A DNA stretch of 64,000 nucleotides from Lama guanicoe (lineage: Eukaryota): the NCBI GenBank assembly GCA_013239625.1, contig MU053933.1:3339817-3403816 (forward strand), in the 5' to 3' direction. Positions 1-13,600 of the stretch are shown piece by piece. Under the pieces are notes generated by a model that saw nothing but the letters and a program-made list of their open reading frames with translations, was not told the origin of the DNA and did no database searches. Each line of letters opens with the position of its first letter. The stretch's first letter is position 1. The translations under genes were made by a program, and so were the position numbers.

Positions 1-39
1 GAGCCAGGAAATTGCTTTTTAAAGATTGTTGCAAATCAC

Positions 40-220
40 AGAGACACATGGGTGGTGGCAGGGCTGGGAACAGGTGACTGCAGGGTCCCCTCTGGAGTGA
101 GAAAGTTCTGGAACTTGAAGCGGTGGTGGCCTCACAACACCATGAATGTGCTTAATGCCACTGAATTGTACCCTGTAACCTGGTGAGCTGCACGTTCTGT
201 GAATTTTACTCTAATAACAA
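40..220 (+). mobile_element. Ancient L1 (L1M-type) 3' end fragment
   Basis: aaagttctggaactt...gaatgtgcttaatgccactgaattgtac...tgtgaattttactctaataa resembles recalled L1M 3' UTR termini. Confidence 0.7.
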
Positions 221-573
221 TAGCAATTAAATTATCAGTGGAATAACAGCGTAGGTTGGTGACAGGTCTTTGAGACCTTGTGTTGCCAGTGCTACAGCCC
301 AGCCCAGCTCGGAGCCCCAGCCTGGCCAGAGCTGCAGGGGAGGGAGAGGGAGTGCTGGCAGGCGCCCAGGCCTCCACAGAGACCCTGAGAGAAGACCTCG
401 GCCGTCGCCGGTGCCCACGCTCTGCAGGCCAGGCCTCATCCACTCACAGGAGGTGCGGGACCGTCTCATCAGACGGACATCCCCTCCATCGAGGACCTGT
501 TGGCCAGGTGCCCAGGCCCCACGTCGGTGGACCTCCAGCCCCCCATTGGGGCCTGGCCCACGCTCCTACACAC

Positions 574-669
574 CTGGTCCTTAAACTCATCATCAGTGAC
601 ACCCTTCAGGTTGATGACCACGTTGAAATATGCACCAAACACGCCCGTCTCCAGGGCCTTGGCTGCCAC
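574..669 (-). CDS. FTCD: FTCD exon 13
   Basis: [32 protein letters not shown]; 96 nt. Confidence 0.95.
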
Positions 670-3600
670 CTGCAAGAGTCCCAGTGACGGGGCGGGGCCA
701 GCACCATGACGGGCGGCCAGCAGAGGCTCGCCAGGCCCACTCCGGAGCCAGGGATGCGGCCGCAGGGGCTCGTGCCCTGTCCGTAAAGCCCCTGGGAGCT
801 CCCGCGAGGCAGCAGGACGGCTCTGAGGAGACCCCTGCCCTCTCTCCGAGCAGAGAAGCCCCATCCAGAGACAGAGGTAACACACACCCCATCCATCCCC
901 GCTTCGAGCTCCTCTCATCTGAGCGAAGCCAGCCTCCTGGCGCACGGCTCAGGCCCAGGCCGGTCACTTCCCGGCCCTCTCCCTGGCCATGGGGGAAAGT
1001 CTTGGCGCCTCGGGAGCCCGGTTTCCCGCACAGCCCTCCCCCTCGGGTCGCACGGGCAGGGGGAGCATCTACACAGCCCTCTGGAGCTGGGAATCACTGG
1101 ATAGAGGCCTGGCCCTCCCTGGGGATGTCCCAGGGCCCCCACGCCACTGAGCGTTCAGAGGCCCACCCTCAGCTGACCATTCCACAGCCTGGTCCACACC
1201 TCACTGGCCTCAGTGCTCGTGACCCCACAACCAAAGCTGCATGGCCCTTGGCCAGAGCAGGCCACAAGGAGGCCTTCAACAGTGAGCACCGTGTGTTAGG
1301 TGCTCACAGGCCTCATGGGCCAAGGGGGTGCCCAGAACACAGGGAACTTGGTCTCTGGGCTCAGCAGCTTCCATACGTTGTCAGCATTCTCAAGGGGCCT
1401 CAGGGCTGGACACCAAACACAGGTGTCTGTCTTGTAAAGACCCTGAGAGCCCTGGGGCTTCAGGACAGGCTACAGAACCCGCTCTAATGTCCCTGGTCCC
1501 CACGCCCTCTGCACACCGGCTGTGGACACATCTGTGAGCTGCCGTGGGGTTTTCTGGAGGGACAGGCGCTGGGAAGGAGTGGGGCAGGGTCTGTGGAAAC
1601 GGTTAGGGGTGGACTCTGTAGACACATTTGAGGTTCTGCCTCTCTGCTGGGATGCTCTGAACAAGACCCTTAGTTCTCCACCTTAAGGTGGGTAACTGAG
1701 CCAGCCCTGCTGGCTGAGGCCGGCCAAGACACCCTGCGACGTGCTCAGGTCCAGGCCGGGCTCCTCAAACATACAGTGATCAGCTGTGAAGCCCAACGAC
1801 CCTCCACACTGCCCCCCACCCACAGCGGGCAGCGGACCCCTCCCTGTACCTGTAGGTCCGACCGGCAGCCCAGGTTCCCACACAGGGCCAGCTCCTGCAG
1901 CGCTGGCCACAGTGAGGCCACTGTCTCCGCCAGCTCCAAGGGCACGGCCACCGCCTGTCTCAGCCCCTCTTGCAGGGCAGCTGTGCGCCTGCAATGGAGG
2001 GCTCAGTGGTCCGAGCCCAGGGCACCCAGGCACCGCCAGCCCCACCCAACAGCCCCACCCCAAGCAGGCAGAACTGGGGGGGCCGCAGGGGCATCGTTCC
2101 TTAATCACAACACACCAGAGGTGGGCTGAAAGGTATCAGGGCCTCTCAGGGCAGCTGGCGTCCACAGCCTGGCACGGCGCCCCCCGGCCACTGCTGCACT
2201 CACCTGTCCCTGTCCTCAGGTGTGTTCTTGGGCAGCTTCACTGCTTTCTGTCAGAGCAAACACAGAAACGCCCAGGGGAGTGGCTGAGGAAGAGGGCCTT
2301 CTGGCCACACAGGGGCCTGGGGGAGTCAGGTAGCCTCCACACCCGGACCGCAGCTCCAGGGCCGGCGCCGCAACCGGGCACAGACATACTTTCGGATGAG
2401 CACTGCTAGTGGGTCCGTGGATTAAACTTCCTATCGTTCGGCCCCTGACAGAGGAAGGCAAACTGGTGCGAGGCCTCCGCATTGGGCACTGAGGGACTAG
2501 AGAGGAGGGGGCTGTGCCCTCAGGGGCCGAAGGGTAGCAAGTCCTCCAGCCCCAGACCCCCCACAGCACTGGCTCCATTCAAGGCAGCCGTGCGGCCCCC
2601 AAAGAGCAGACATAAAGGTTCAGGCCGTGTCCCTCCGTCCCCAAAGGTGCCACCTAGCGGTGGTCACGCGGGTGTGTGCCTCTCCTGGGTCGGGCAGGCC
2701 TGTCCTCATCCGAGCGCCCTGTGCTGTGGGCAGCCATGTCCAGGCTCTCCCGCTCACACCCCGGTGCCCTAGCCCTACCCACGTGCAGGGCTTCTGGACA
2801 GGTCCGGGGATCGCTGGGTGGGGACTGCGCCTTTCAGTTTTGCAGATTTGGCCACATCTCCACCCCAAAGTTGTTACCAGTCAGCTGGGCCACCAGCCCT
2901 GCGCAAGAGCAAACTCTCCCAGGACCCCAGAAGCTGAATCTGCCCCTCCTGACACACCAGCCTCCCCGGGGCCCCGCTGGTGCCCTGTCCTGCGACGGCT
3001 CGTTGCTCCTTTCCATGAACGCAGGACCCTGCTGAATCTGTGTGGCCAGACCCTGGTGGTGGCGTCTCCACTGGGCAGAACTCCCCTGATTTTAATCACG
3101 TCTGTCTTTCACGAGGCCACGTCTGTGGCTGGTTGAGGAGGCCTGGCCCCCAGAGTTGGACGTATTTTCTGAGCTACTGTGAGGTTGTCTAGGGGACAGA
3201 GGGAGGTATACATCTAGCTTCTGACTCCATCCAGAGATTGCAAACGTATTTGGTGCAAGATAAAGCTGTTCCTTATTTTTTTTCGGAAGTCCACCTTCTT
3301 GCCGCTCAGCAGGAGCATAAACCACGCCAGTGTCTCCCCGGCTCACGTTTGTGTGCGGGTGACTGTTGGCTGGGTGTGTCTCTGTCTCATCATTTTAGTT
3401 TAGGTTTTCTCTGAACCACTCCTCTTCGCTAACTATCTTTCTTCTTCTTTCCTGCCTTTTGATTAGATTTTCATGTTTCTACTTCCCCCTCCACTTCTTT
3501 TATATTTGTCTTATTTCTAATCTGTAGTGGTAAGAATTTGTAATATTTTTAGTGTTAATAATTACACACTAATTTTTATATGTAAGCTGACGTTTCTCTT

Positions 3601-6600
3601 TAGTCACCTCTCAGAGTTGTGAGCTCATCAGCACCGGCGACTGGAAACTCCGAGGGAGAAGTCCAGTAAGTTTGGCCTGAGGAGGCCATTCAACTATGAC
3701 ACAGAACACAGGAAAGAGCAGAAAGACTGAATACTCGGCAACAAAAAAGACACAGCTCGCGTTGTCAGAAGCCAGCACAAGCGAAATGAGGTCAAAGCAC
3801 GAGCTGGGGCTCCTGGCTCGAGAAGAGTCCCAGGGAGCTCACCACGAGAGATGGAAAAGAAACGGACACTCACTTCCCTGAAAAGGGGGCAAACGCTCCT
3901 CCCGCTGCCCCGCCCACAATGAGCCGCCCTCGCCAGGGCGGCACCAAGAGACAGGCGGCGAGACCGCCCCGTCTGACAGCCCACGGGTCGGGGGAAGAGG
4001 CGTGAGGACCGCACAACCTCTACAAGGCCCGCCGGACAGCACCCTTCAAGTGAGCGGCGCACCCACCCTGGGGGGAGAGTCCTTCTCCGAGTTCACTCCT
4101 ACCGCCCGTCCACCGCATGCCTCCAACGGACACTGTCTGTTCACCCCACGTGTCCCAGCTGCATCCCCAGCAGGGCTCCGCCCAAGGCAGCCCAGCGGGC
4201 CTTAGGGTGTCCCCACTCCAGGAGAACGTCACGTGAAGGGCGAATGAGGCAAAACTGAGCCATTTGTGTAAGAAAAAGAGAAACGGGGCCACAGGAACGT
4301 ACACAAAGATCCCAGGAACTGGGCACTGGCAGCTGCACCTGCTCGGGGGGCAGGGCCGGTGTGCTGGGGGCACCAGCTACCCTCTGCCCTTGTGAACTCT
4401 GAACCCCTGAAGGTTTCACTTATTTTAAAAAGCAAGTAAGTGAAATTCAGCCTTAAGAGTCCTTACAGAAGACGGTATCGGTCCGTATGCCTCCCTGAGG
4501 ACCCGCTCTAGTCAGACGGTCACCTCTTCCAGCATCACGACTTCCTCAGACGGAGCTCTGATTGTTCATGCTCTCCAAGGTGCCCAGCTCCCAGAGGTCA
4601 CCTCCCGGAGGTCCCCTGGTCCACGTCCTCCCTTCACGCCCAGTCTTGCCGGCGGGGCGGCTCTGTCCAGAAGGCCCTGGGATGCCTGGTGTTGGTGAAG
4701 CTCACACCTTCTCAGGCTGGTCTTCCTACACCCACGGAGTCCGAGCTCCCTCACGCCCGCTTGTCCCGGGTCCTCTCCGCTGGGGTTGCTCACGGACCTG
4801 CCCTGGGGCTTCTTGGCCTTGAACTTGCATCTCGACCTTTCTGCCCCTGGTTTTGATGGAGGCCCCTCCTCTGCCCCCCTCCTAGGTGAGCGCTGTCTGG
4901 ACCTAACCACCTGTGTGTCCGTGTGATGTGAACATTCCCCAGTGGCCTGCTTTTGTCTTATGGCTGAATGTCTTCTCTGGTCTCTCTGAGACCCTGACTC
5001 ACCCGCATTTCTCCTGTGAAGATTTCTGTTCCAGACCTTCCTGGCATGTGAGCTCTCCTCTGGGGACCCTGCCTTCCTCCAGCATGGGCAGATCTGGGTG
5101 CCACCCACCAAGAGGACTCAAGGGGCAGCTGGCCAGGGGACACTGAGCCTGGCTGACCCTCCGGGCAGCTGTCCTTCTCTCCCTCCCCCCACCAAGCCCT
5201 ACAGAGACTCCAACCCGGGGTCCTGCCTGCACCAGACCTGCTGGGCTCAGCCCTGCACCAGCAGGGAGGGAGGGCCCAGTAGCAGCCGACCACTGTCCTC
5301 TCCCTCCAGCCTCTCTGGGCTTCAGCCCCCTGTGCTCCAGGCCCACCTTTCTTCCAGACCAGCACTGCCCACTGACCCCCAACCTCACCCAGGGCTGCAA
5401 CTCACCAGGTAGGCCTCGAAGGCGCGGGCGTCAGAGTCCACCATCGCAGTCAGCTTGGCCGAGGCTGCGTGGAAAGGCGGGATCAGACGCCGCATGGTCG
5501 CGTCCAGGTGCTCAAACTGGCGCCGCCCGTAGGTCATGAGGCCAACCATGGAGGCCAGCGCGGCACCCTGGGGCGAGGAGACATGTGTATGACCTGCCCC
5601 GAGGCCCTGCCCCAGCCTCCCCAGCATCCCCGCCTGACCCGGGCCTGCGCTCACCATGGCTGCACAGGCCCCTGCCACGGAGCCGCCCCCCGGGGCTGCC
5701 GAGCGGGCGCCCACCTCGCGGACGAAGGCACGCAGGGGCTGGTCCACCAGGCTCTGCTGGGACCCGCCCTCAGGGACCAGGTACCTGCGGGGGTGGGGTG
5801 CTGGGTGGGGTTCGGGCCGTGCAGGGACGGGTATCAGAGAAGGGTCCTGGCAGTGACTGCCTGGCTGAGAGTGTGGGCTGGCCAGGCCAGGGTCCCTGAC
5901 TCCAGGCCACCATCCCACACCCCACCCGCACCAGCATGGGGAGGGGACAGGGCCCAGTCTGCAGAGCAGCTGCCCCAGGGAGGGTTTGTGACCAGCCAGG
6001 AGCTGTGTGAGGACAGAGCAGGACCTTGTTGGGGCCTCACTGCACCTCCCCTCCCTAAAGGCCCCCAGCCCCACACCTGGCGACAGAGCAGAGCTCTGGA
6101 AGGACCAGGTGTCTGCACGCAGGCGTGGGGGTCGGGGGTGCCACTCACTCGACGATCCGCTCCTTGGGGTTGAAGGGGCACAGAGAGTCCAAGCCCAGCC
6201 GGCTGACCACCTGGAAGAGGGGTGGGTGACAGGGAGCCGCCCGGCCCAGTCCCCAGCGAGGCAGGCTCCGGTGCTGGCCCTGCCTGAGCCCGCGGTGCAT
6301 CTGCACCCTTGTGGGGAGCCGGCCCGGGCGCAGAGGCCACACCCCTGCCCACCAGCAGCCCTGCTGACCGCATGGCCTCAGGCACCCTCAGGACTGCCTG
6401 ACACACCCAGCGTGCTGCCCACTCGGAGACCAAGGCCCCAAGAGAGCAGGGCCTGCTGGTGACACCCCCAGAGAACTGACCCCCATGCTGCCCCCGCATG
6501 AGCCTGCTGCTGGAAGGGACCAAGAAAACTGCCTCTTTGGACAAGATTCCAGCTCCTCAGGGGCCAGATCTGCCTGGTCCTTAGAGTCTGGGAGCGGCCT

Positions 6601-7566
6601 GATCTGCCCAAATGTGAGACTCACTGGGGGAGATGTGCATCTCCCCTAAATCCGAGGCAGAGGTGGCAGCAGCCCCGTGAGGAGCAGACGCTCCGGACAT
6701 TCGCGGTGCCAGGTGCCCGCGGCACAGCCCCGGGCCACCGGAGCCAAGCAGAATAGACACGGGCAAGCGAGGCTTCAGAGACATGAAGCAGCGGCCCCGG
6801 GACAGACGGGAGGCCTCCCTGGGAGCCCGGAGACGGGGCTGAGCGCACGCTGAGAGCCAGCAGTGGCCACAGAGAACCTCAGAGGAGCTAACTGTCAGAG
6901 TGGATTCAGCGCCTGGAAACCATCCAAGGCCAGAAATGCCCAGAAAGTCTTGCCCAGAAGGTGGGTCCACCCTGGAGGCATCTGAGCATCCCCCGAGAGT
7001 GGGGGTTCCTAAGACTGCACAAGTTGGGGCCAGACTGGACACCCCTGAAAGATGACATCTCCGAAGATGAGACGGGAAAAAAACACCCGCCACAGGAAAT
7101 AACTGGGACACTTCCGGTCTCGGCCTTCTCTCTGGTGAAGCAGGAGAAATATCTCTCCTGGAAATTCTAACCATAAGCGTCCCTGATGGGGAGACGGGCC
7201 GCGGTTCACGCAGAACTCCCTACTGTGTGGTTCCAAAACTCCGAGCAAAAGACTCATCTAAAGTGGCCCAAGCATCTAAAAGAGGCAAACACAAACTTTT
7301 AACCAAGAATTGCCACAGATGAGACTCCAAACAGTCACTCACAATCAAAAATCACACAACATGTGAAGAAGTAATTGCTGTGAGAGTCCACAGGCACGGC
7401 CATCTGCAAAGTCAGACCTCCGGGACTACAGACCTCAGAACTTTCAGATAAAAAGTATAAAATGATACATTTTAAAAAGAAAAGAAGTGAAGGAGAAGGT
7501 ACAGCGCAGTGGTAGAGCGCGTGCTCAGCACGCATGAGGTCCTGGGTTCAGTCCCCAGCACCTCCA

Positions 7567-7606
<40 letters not shown>

Positions 7607-10600
7607 AGCTAATTATCCCCTCCCCCCCAAAAAAGAAGAGAGTACGAAACACATTGACCAGGAGTAAACAAACGTCAGAGAGGCAACAGCTCCCGCAGAG
7701 AAAGGGTGAGGTCAGAAAATTCTCCATGCTGCTAAACTTGTGGCTGGAATTCAAGAAGAGCAGGGCATTTGCACATCCTCAACTACCTCCCCAGGAAGTG
7801 CTTATTAACGACAAAAGGGAAAACAGAAACATAGCAGTGAATAACCCTAGCTAGGGGACACCAGCTTGACCAAGGGACCCAGTAAGGCCCTGAGGAGGAC
7901 CCCACGTCACTTCTGGGCTGCTCCTGCCTAAAGGCACGAGAAAGGTCAGCCTGGTACCCAGCGAGCAGCACCTCACAAAACCACCAGCCTGCACTTTACA
8001 GCCCATCACCACCGTCAAGGAAGGGGCTGGCCCAGATTAAAGGCCGCAAAAGACAAGGCACCTGAAGCTACTGTTGGTCTAGGCTGGACCCTGGAGTGGA
8101 GACAGTAATGTAATTTGATTGTGGCCGCAGATTAGATACTAGATTGTACCGGGTTGAATTTGCTGATTTTGAACATCGCACTGAGATTGTGTAAGAGAAC
8201 GTCCTTGATCTTAAGAAATACACCCTGAATGAATTCAGGGTAAAGGGTACAGTGGCTTCAATCTACTCGCAAATGATCCAGAAAAAAGAAACGCGATTCT
8301 ATGTGAATACAGAGAAAGAATAATATAGCAAATGGGGCAAAATGCAAACGATGGGTGGATCTAGAGATGAGGGAGCTCCTGGTACTGCTGCACCTTCTCT
8401 GCGAGGAGGAAATTACATCAGAATTAAAAGTTACACAAAACTCTGTGGCAGCTGGAGGGAAGACCGGGCCGCAGACTGCATCAGTGACTGAGGAGCCAGG
8501 CCTCAGAAGACCACAGTGGACGTGGCGGAGAGGAATGGAAAGAAAGTGGAGAAAAGACAGACCACGTAGAGGAAGAAAACACTACCTCAGTGTAGCTGAT
8601 GACTGTGAAGAAAAAGAACCGAAAACTGGCTCAAAAATACAGAAGAAAACATCCCTGAAACGAAACAAGAGTGAGACCTCGCTCCAAAGGGAAAGCGGCA
8701 CAGACTAACCAACACCAGGACGCGTGTGGCAGAGTCGCCGCCTTTCAAGGCAGATTCTTTTAAATATTTAACCACTGAAACACCCCCCCTAAAAAATACC
8801 ACAGCTCTAAAAAAATCAGGAAACGGCGCAGGAAGAGAAGAGGGAGCAAGTGCTGAGCACGTCCCCTCTCGCCTCCACAGCGGCAGCCGGTGCACAGGCG
8901 GGCCTCGCCCTGCCGCGCTTCAGAGGCCGCGCGTGTTTCCAGACTGCAGGTCTGTGGAAGCCTGGCATAGAGTTAGTCTGTTGGCACCATCTTTCCAACA
9001 TCCTTCCAACAGCATTTACTTACTTTGTATCTCCCTGTCACATTTCAGTAAGTCTAGCAATACTTCAAACCCTCCACCAGCACAAAGATTTCCGCTGGAA
9101 GCTCAGATGATGGTTAACGTTCTTTTGCAACGAAGTACTTAAGGTACGTACACTCTTTTTAGACATAATGCTATTGCACACTTAACAGACTGCAGTCGAG
9201 TGTAAGCATAACGTTCATATGCACTGGGAAACCAAAAAATTCCTGTGACTTGTTTTATTGCGATATTTGCTTTATTGAAATGGTCTGGAACCAAACCTAC
9301 GATTTCTCCAAAGTGTGCCTGTGATAAGAAAAACTGATAAATCAAATTGATACATTTGGATAAAGGTTTTAAATTAACAAATCAAACTAGAGATAAATAT
9401 ATTAAGTAATAAAGGTAATCGCCAAAATACCTAAAAATTAGACTAACTCCTCCATAAACTGGAGGGGAACTACAACCTCACATGCTTAAAAACAGGACAA
9501 AAGTAATTCCAGACATATCTGCTAAATTAGTCAATACAAAAGGATAAACTCAACTACCAAAAAGCAAAACCTTTCAGGGAAATCCAATCATGTGCTCATT
9601 GTGAGAAACACCCTCAAAACAAAATGACTCAGAGGCCAGGACAACAGGGCAGCCAAGGCCTTGCTGCACCCAGAGCAGGCCAGGCGGAGCTGGGACAAGG
9701 GAGCCACTTTGTGAATAATCATGGACGCTGAGTGTTATGTCCACAGCCAACCCCCCACCATGCAGGAGGACGGAGGGGTGCCGGTCCCCCCACGAGACAC
9801 AGGCGCTGTCCCCTCCGCAGAGGTTTTACAAGACGGAACATATCTCAGTTCTCAAAGAAAACCTCAGTAGAGTTCCCCAAATGAAAGCAGCACAATCTCA
9901 ACCTCGGGGCCCAGACAACAGAGCAAAGAGGCAGAGGAGGAGGCTCAGACTCAGCCGGGGGGTCCAGGCAGGTCCCCCGCCCCCCATCCTGGCCCAGGGC
10001 CCAGCCAGCCCAGCCCGACCCTCCCTGGGGCCCAGCCCACCAGCCTGATGCGGTGCTCGTCCTCCAGGAGGAAGAGGTTCTCCTTCTCGCAGTAAAAGGC
10101 GGCCACGTCCAGCAGGGCCTTCAGAGGCACCAGGCCCACCAGTTGCGAGCCCACCACTGGAAGGCTCAGCTCCTGGGGAGGTCAGAGGTCAGGCCAAGTC
10201 AGCACCCAGGGTCTGGGTGTGAGCATGCCCTGGGGGGGACCACAGCCCTGCTCACCTGGGCTTCTCTGCAGGCCTCCTCAAAGACCGTGTGCAACCCTGT
10301 GACCTCAAAGTCCAGGAGGTTTGTAGACACCTGAGCCAGGTTCTTCTCATCCAGGTACCAGCCAATGCCTTGCACCTTTTCCAGGCGTCCTGGCTGCAAA
10401 GGACAAAACTTTCCCAACCTGGCCCTGACAGCCTCTGCTGGGCCCCGTGCTGAGAGCCTCTTGCCCAGCTGGCCAGGGGGCTCCCTTCATCCCCAGATGC
10501 TTGGATGAGGCAGGCCTGGCCTGTGCGGTGCTGCCCAGATGGCCAGTGCCAGGCGGCTCTCCCACTGTCTCTGCGGAGACAGGGAGGGACCTGCCCACCA

Positions 10601-13600
10601 CAGGAAACTGAGGCCCCTAAGGGTCAGGGCTCAGCACCGAGATGCCTGCCCCACCCCACACAAGGCGCTGCCTCCAGGCCAGCATTTCACAAAAGCTTGT
10701 CCTGTGGGCCCGTCCCTTCCCTCCACCCCACCCCTCACCCCGGAGGCCAGCTCTCAGCCCTCACTCCTTGAGGTGACTCAGTCCATCCAGGAAGATCTCT
10801 GACCTCTGACTTAACTGAAACATAAGGAAGGATTTGGGAGATGCTATACATTTGTGTTGTGCTTGCAGACAACTGAGTCTGCAGACGGAAACTGGGCTCC
10901 CGGGGCCTTGGCTGCCTGGCAGGGCCCAGGTCCCCAGGGTGGGAGCTGACAGGTCTGCAGGATATTACCCTCCACTCCCTCACCGGGTGTCTCTGTCTAC
11001 CTGCGTCCAACTAGAACCTTCTCCAGGAGTGATGCTCAAACGAAGTGACAGCTGCCCTGGTAGACTGTGGTGTGGATTAGGGCACCTGGGGCACTCGGGG
11101 GCATCTGAAGGTATATGGGGGCACCTGGGACTCAGAAGCAGCTGTCTCCCTATCCATGAGGAAATACTGTAATATTCTAACAACAGCTGTAGCCCTGCCC
11201 ACTTTCATGGAAAATGTCCTTTAAAGACAGGCTCCCCAAGTGGCCCAGCCTTGAGCCTCCCTGGTGGGCCCCTCGGGGTTCCACAGGCCCCCCACCCCCA
11301 CCCCGTGCGCGAGCCAGCTCCGCCCACCTGGTCCTTCCCACGGCCCTGCTCCCGGAGGTTGAGTGCGATGCGGTGAGCCTGCTCCTTGGTGCCAAGCAGG
11401 TTGATGTTGAACGCGATGAGGAAATTCCGCGCCCCCGTGACGGTGGCCCCCCAGCTGGGGACAAAGGAGCTGGGCCCGAAGTCGGGTGCCCACTCGGCCT
11501 GCTTGAGCTGTGGGTGGGGGGCCCCGGGTGAGGGAAGGGGAAGGAGGGCCCCTGCGCAGAGCCCACCCCCAACCCCCCACCTGGCGGGTCACTGCACCTT
11601 CTCAGGGAGGGCCTCGTACTCCCCGGCCCGGATGGCCGGCAGGGACCGGCGATGGGCCGTCCGCGCCGCCTCGCCGTAGAGGTACACTGCAAGGCAAGCC
11701 TGGCCGGTCAGGCCCCCGGCCGGTGGGCGCGCAGAGCCCCTGTCCCCGGAGGAGCGACCGGACAGGCCTGCCGCAGCTCCGTTTTGCTGGCGGCGCTCCT
11801 ACCTCTGCGCCTCGTCGGATGGGCCTGGAGGGTCTCGGACGGGCACTGTGTATGGGTGGGACCCTCCACCCCACCCCTACTGCCCCTGCACAGAAGCCCC
11901 AGGAAAAGCCGGCACACGACCACAAGCATTAGGAGTGGATGTGCAGGGCTGGAAGGAGAGTCATGTTTCCTTCCAAAATACATTTTCATTGAACGATAAA
12001 CTTGCCCGTAAATTAAGCAGCACAAAGGAACTCCCCACCGACTCCCGACACCCACACAAGCGCTGTGACAGACTCCGCGCCCCGTGTGTCCCTCCCCTAG
12101 GCCTGTCCATCCGCCCACATCGTCCAGGTCGCAGGGCTAGACTGGGCTCACGTGTCCGCCCGAGGCCCTGTGTGGGGCCTCGCCTCCGTTTGCTTAATTC
12201 CCCAAAGTGAAGTCGTTCCGTTAAGGGCAGACTGTTAGGGTTCTCCATCTGTCAGGCACAGTCCTTACAGGGCGGCTACTTGGCCCCACGCCCCCACGCG
12301 CGGGAGCAGCACCTCCCTGACGCGGGCCCAGCCTTGCACTTTGTCTCAGTGTGGGAGAAGAGGGACATATTCCTGTCTGTCAAAAATCTGCATAATAAGT
12401 TTTTTTCCTTAAAGTCTGCATTTTTAAGGATGCAAGAGCAGAGGACCTGAGGCATGGCTGCTGCTGGTGGGAACTGAAGTGAAAGGAGGAGGCCCGGCTG
12501 GGGGAGCCCCTGGGACCGGGCATGCTCCAGGGCACTCACCTGGCACGCCCAGCTCCTCTGCCAGCCGCCGGCCAAAGGCCTGGGCACAGAGCACACACTC
12601 GTCCATGGTGACGCCCCTCACCGGGACGAAGGGGCACACGTCCAGGGCGCCCATCCGAGGGTGTTCCCCTGCAAGAGAAGGGGGCTGGTAAAGAGGAGGT
12701 CCCGGTGGGGAACGCGGGGTGGACCCCACCCTCTCTGGCCCCTTCCACACGCACACCAGCCATCCACTCAGACCACAGGAGCGCAGGAAGAAGCAGGTAC
12801 TCCGGCTAATCCGGCATCTCTGTAGGGAGCCCCACCCTCTCCTAAAAGGGGTAACTCCAAGCTCTCAGAAAGTCTCCGCCTCCTTCTCAAGCCCCAGCCT
12901 CGCATGGGGCAGACGGAGCTGCCGGCTTTGGATCAGCAGCACCCCTCCCCCAGAGAAGGCGGGCCCCATGCCCCCTCCACTCAGGCGGCTCCTCTGTTTG
13001 AGATAAGCCTCCGTCTCTCTTCACCAATGGGATCACTTGTGCATTCCCTCCCCCACTGTGAGCGGCCAGAGACGCTGCCCTTTTGACCAGCTCCCTGGGT
13101 GTCCACCCACCTTTGACCCTGCTGCCCAGGAAATGTGTTTGATTCGTGGGCTGTTGACAGGTTGGGGAGCGTCCTCTCCCAGGGCCTGCTCAGAGCACAA
13201 GAGCCTCACTGCTGGTCACACCTGGGCCCCCAGAACGTGGATGGGGCCCAAGGGGGCATCGGGCTGGCCTGTCGGTACCATGCCCCCCGCAAGCCCTGCG
13301 GGCAAGGCCGGCCGCCGGTGCTCGGCCCCTCACCTCTGTGCCTGCTCATGTCGATGAGCTGAGAGGCGGCCCGGGCAGCATTGAGGGCCCCCTCCACCAC
13401 GTCCTCGGGGCGCCCCACAAATGTGTAGACAGTGCGGTTGGTGGAGGGGCCAGCGTCCACGTCCAGCAGCGTGCAGCCCGGGGTCTGTGCCACAGCTCGG
13501 GAGATGGCCTCAATCACCTGGGGACAAAAGCCACTCTGTGCTTCGGTCTCCCCATGGGGGACAGAGCAGGAACTGGGGGGCCGTGCCTGTCCTGCCCCAA

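Noticed and set aside
1..573. Possible FTCD terminal exon
   Set aside because: No sequence resembling the expected C-terminal helix was found; the exon must lie left of the window. This is not evidence of truncation.
630..1487. 285-aa plus-strand ORF, and similar long ORFs such as 14587-15339, 17322-18134, 48558-49736 and 56552-57550
   Set aside because: Low-complexity P/G/R/A-rich translations expected from stop-poor GC-rich DNA. No recognisable domains except where they overlap true exons.
7500..7565. tRNA gene
   Set aside because: A and B boxes are present, but the (TAAA)n body and tail show it is a SINE head.
11508..11597. In-frame retention of the 90-nt FTCD intron 4
   Set aside because: The third codon is TGA (GTG CAG TGA).
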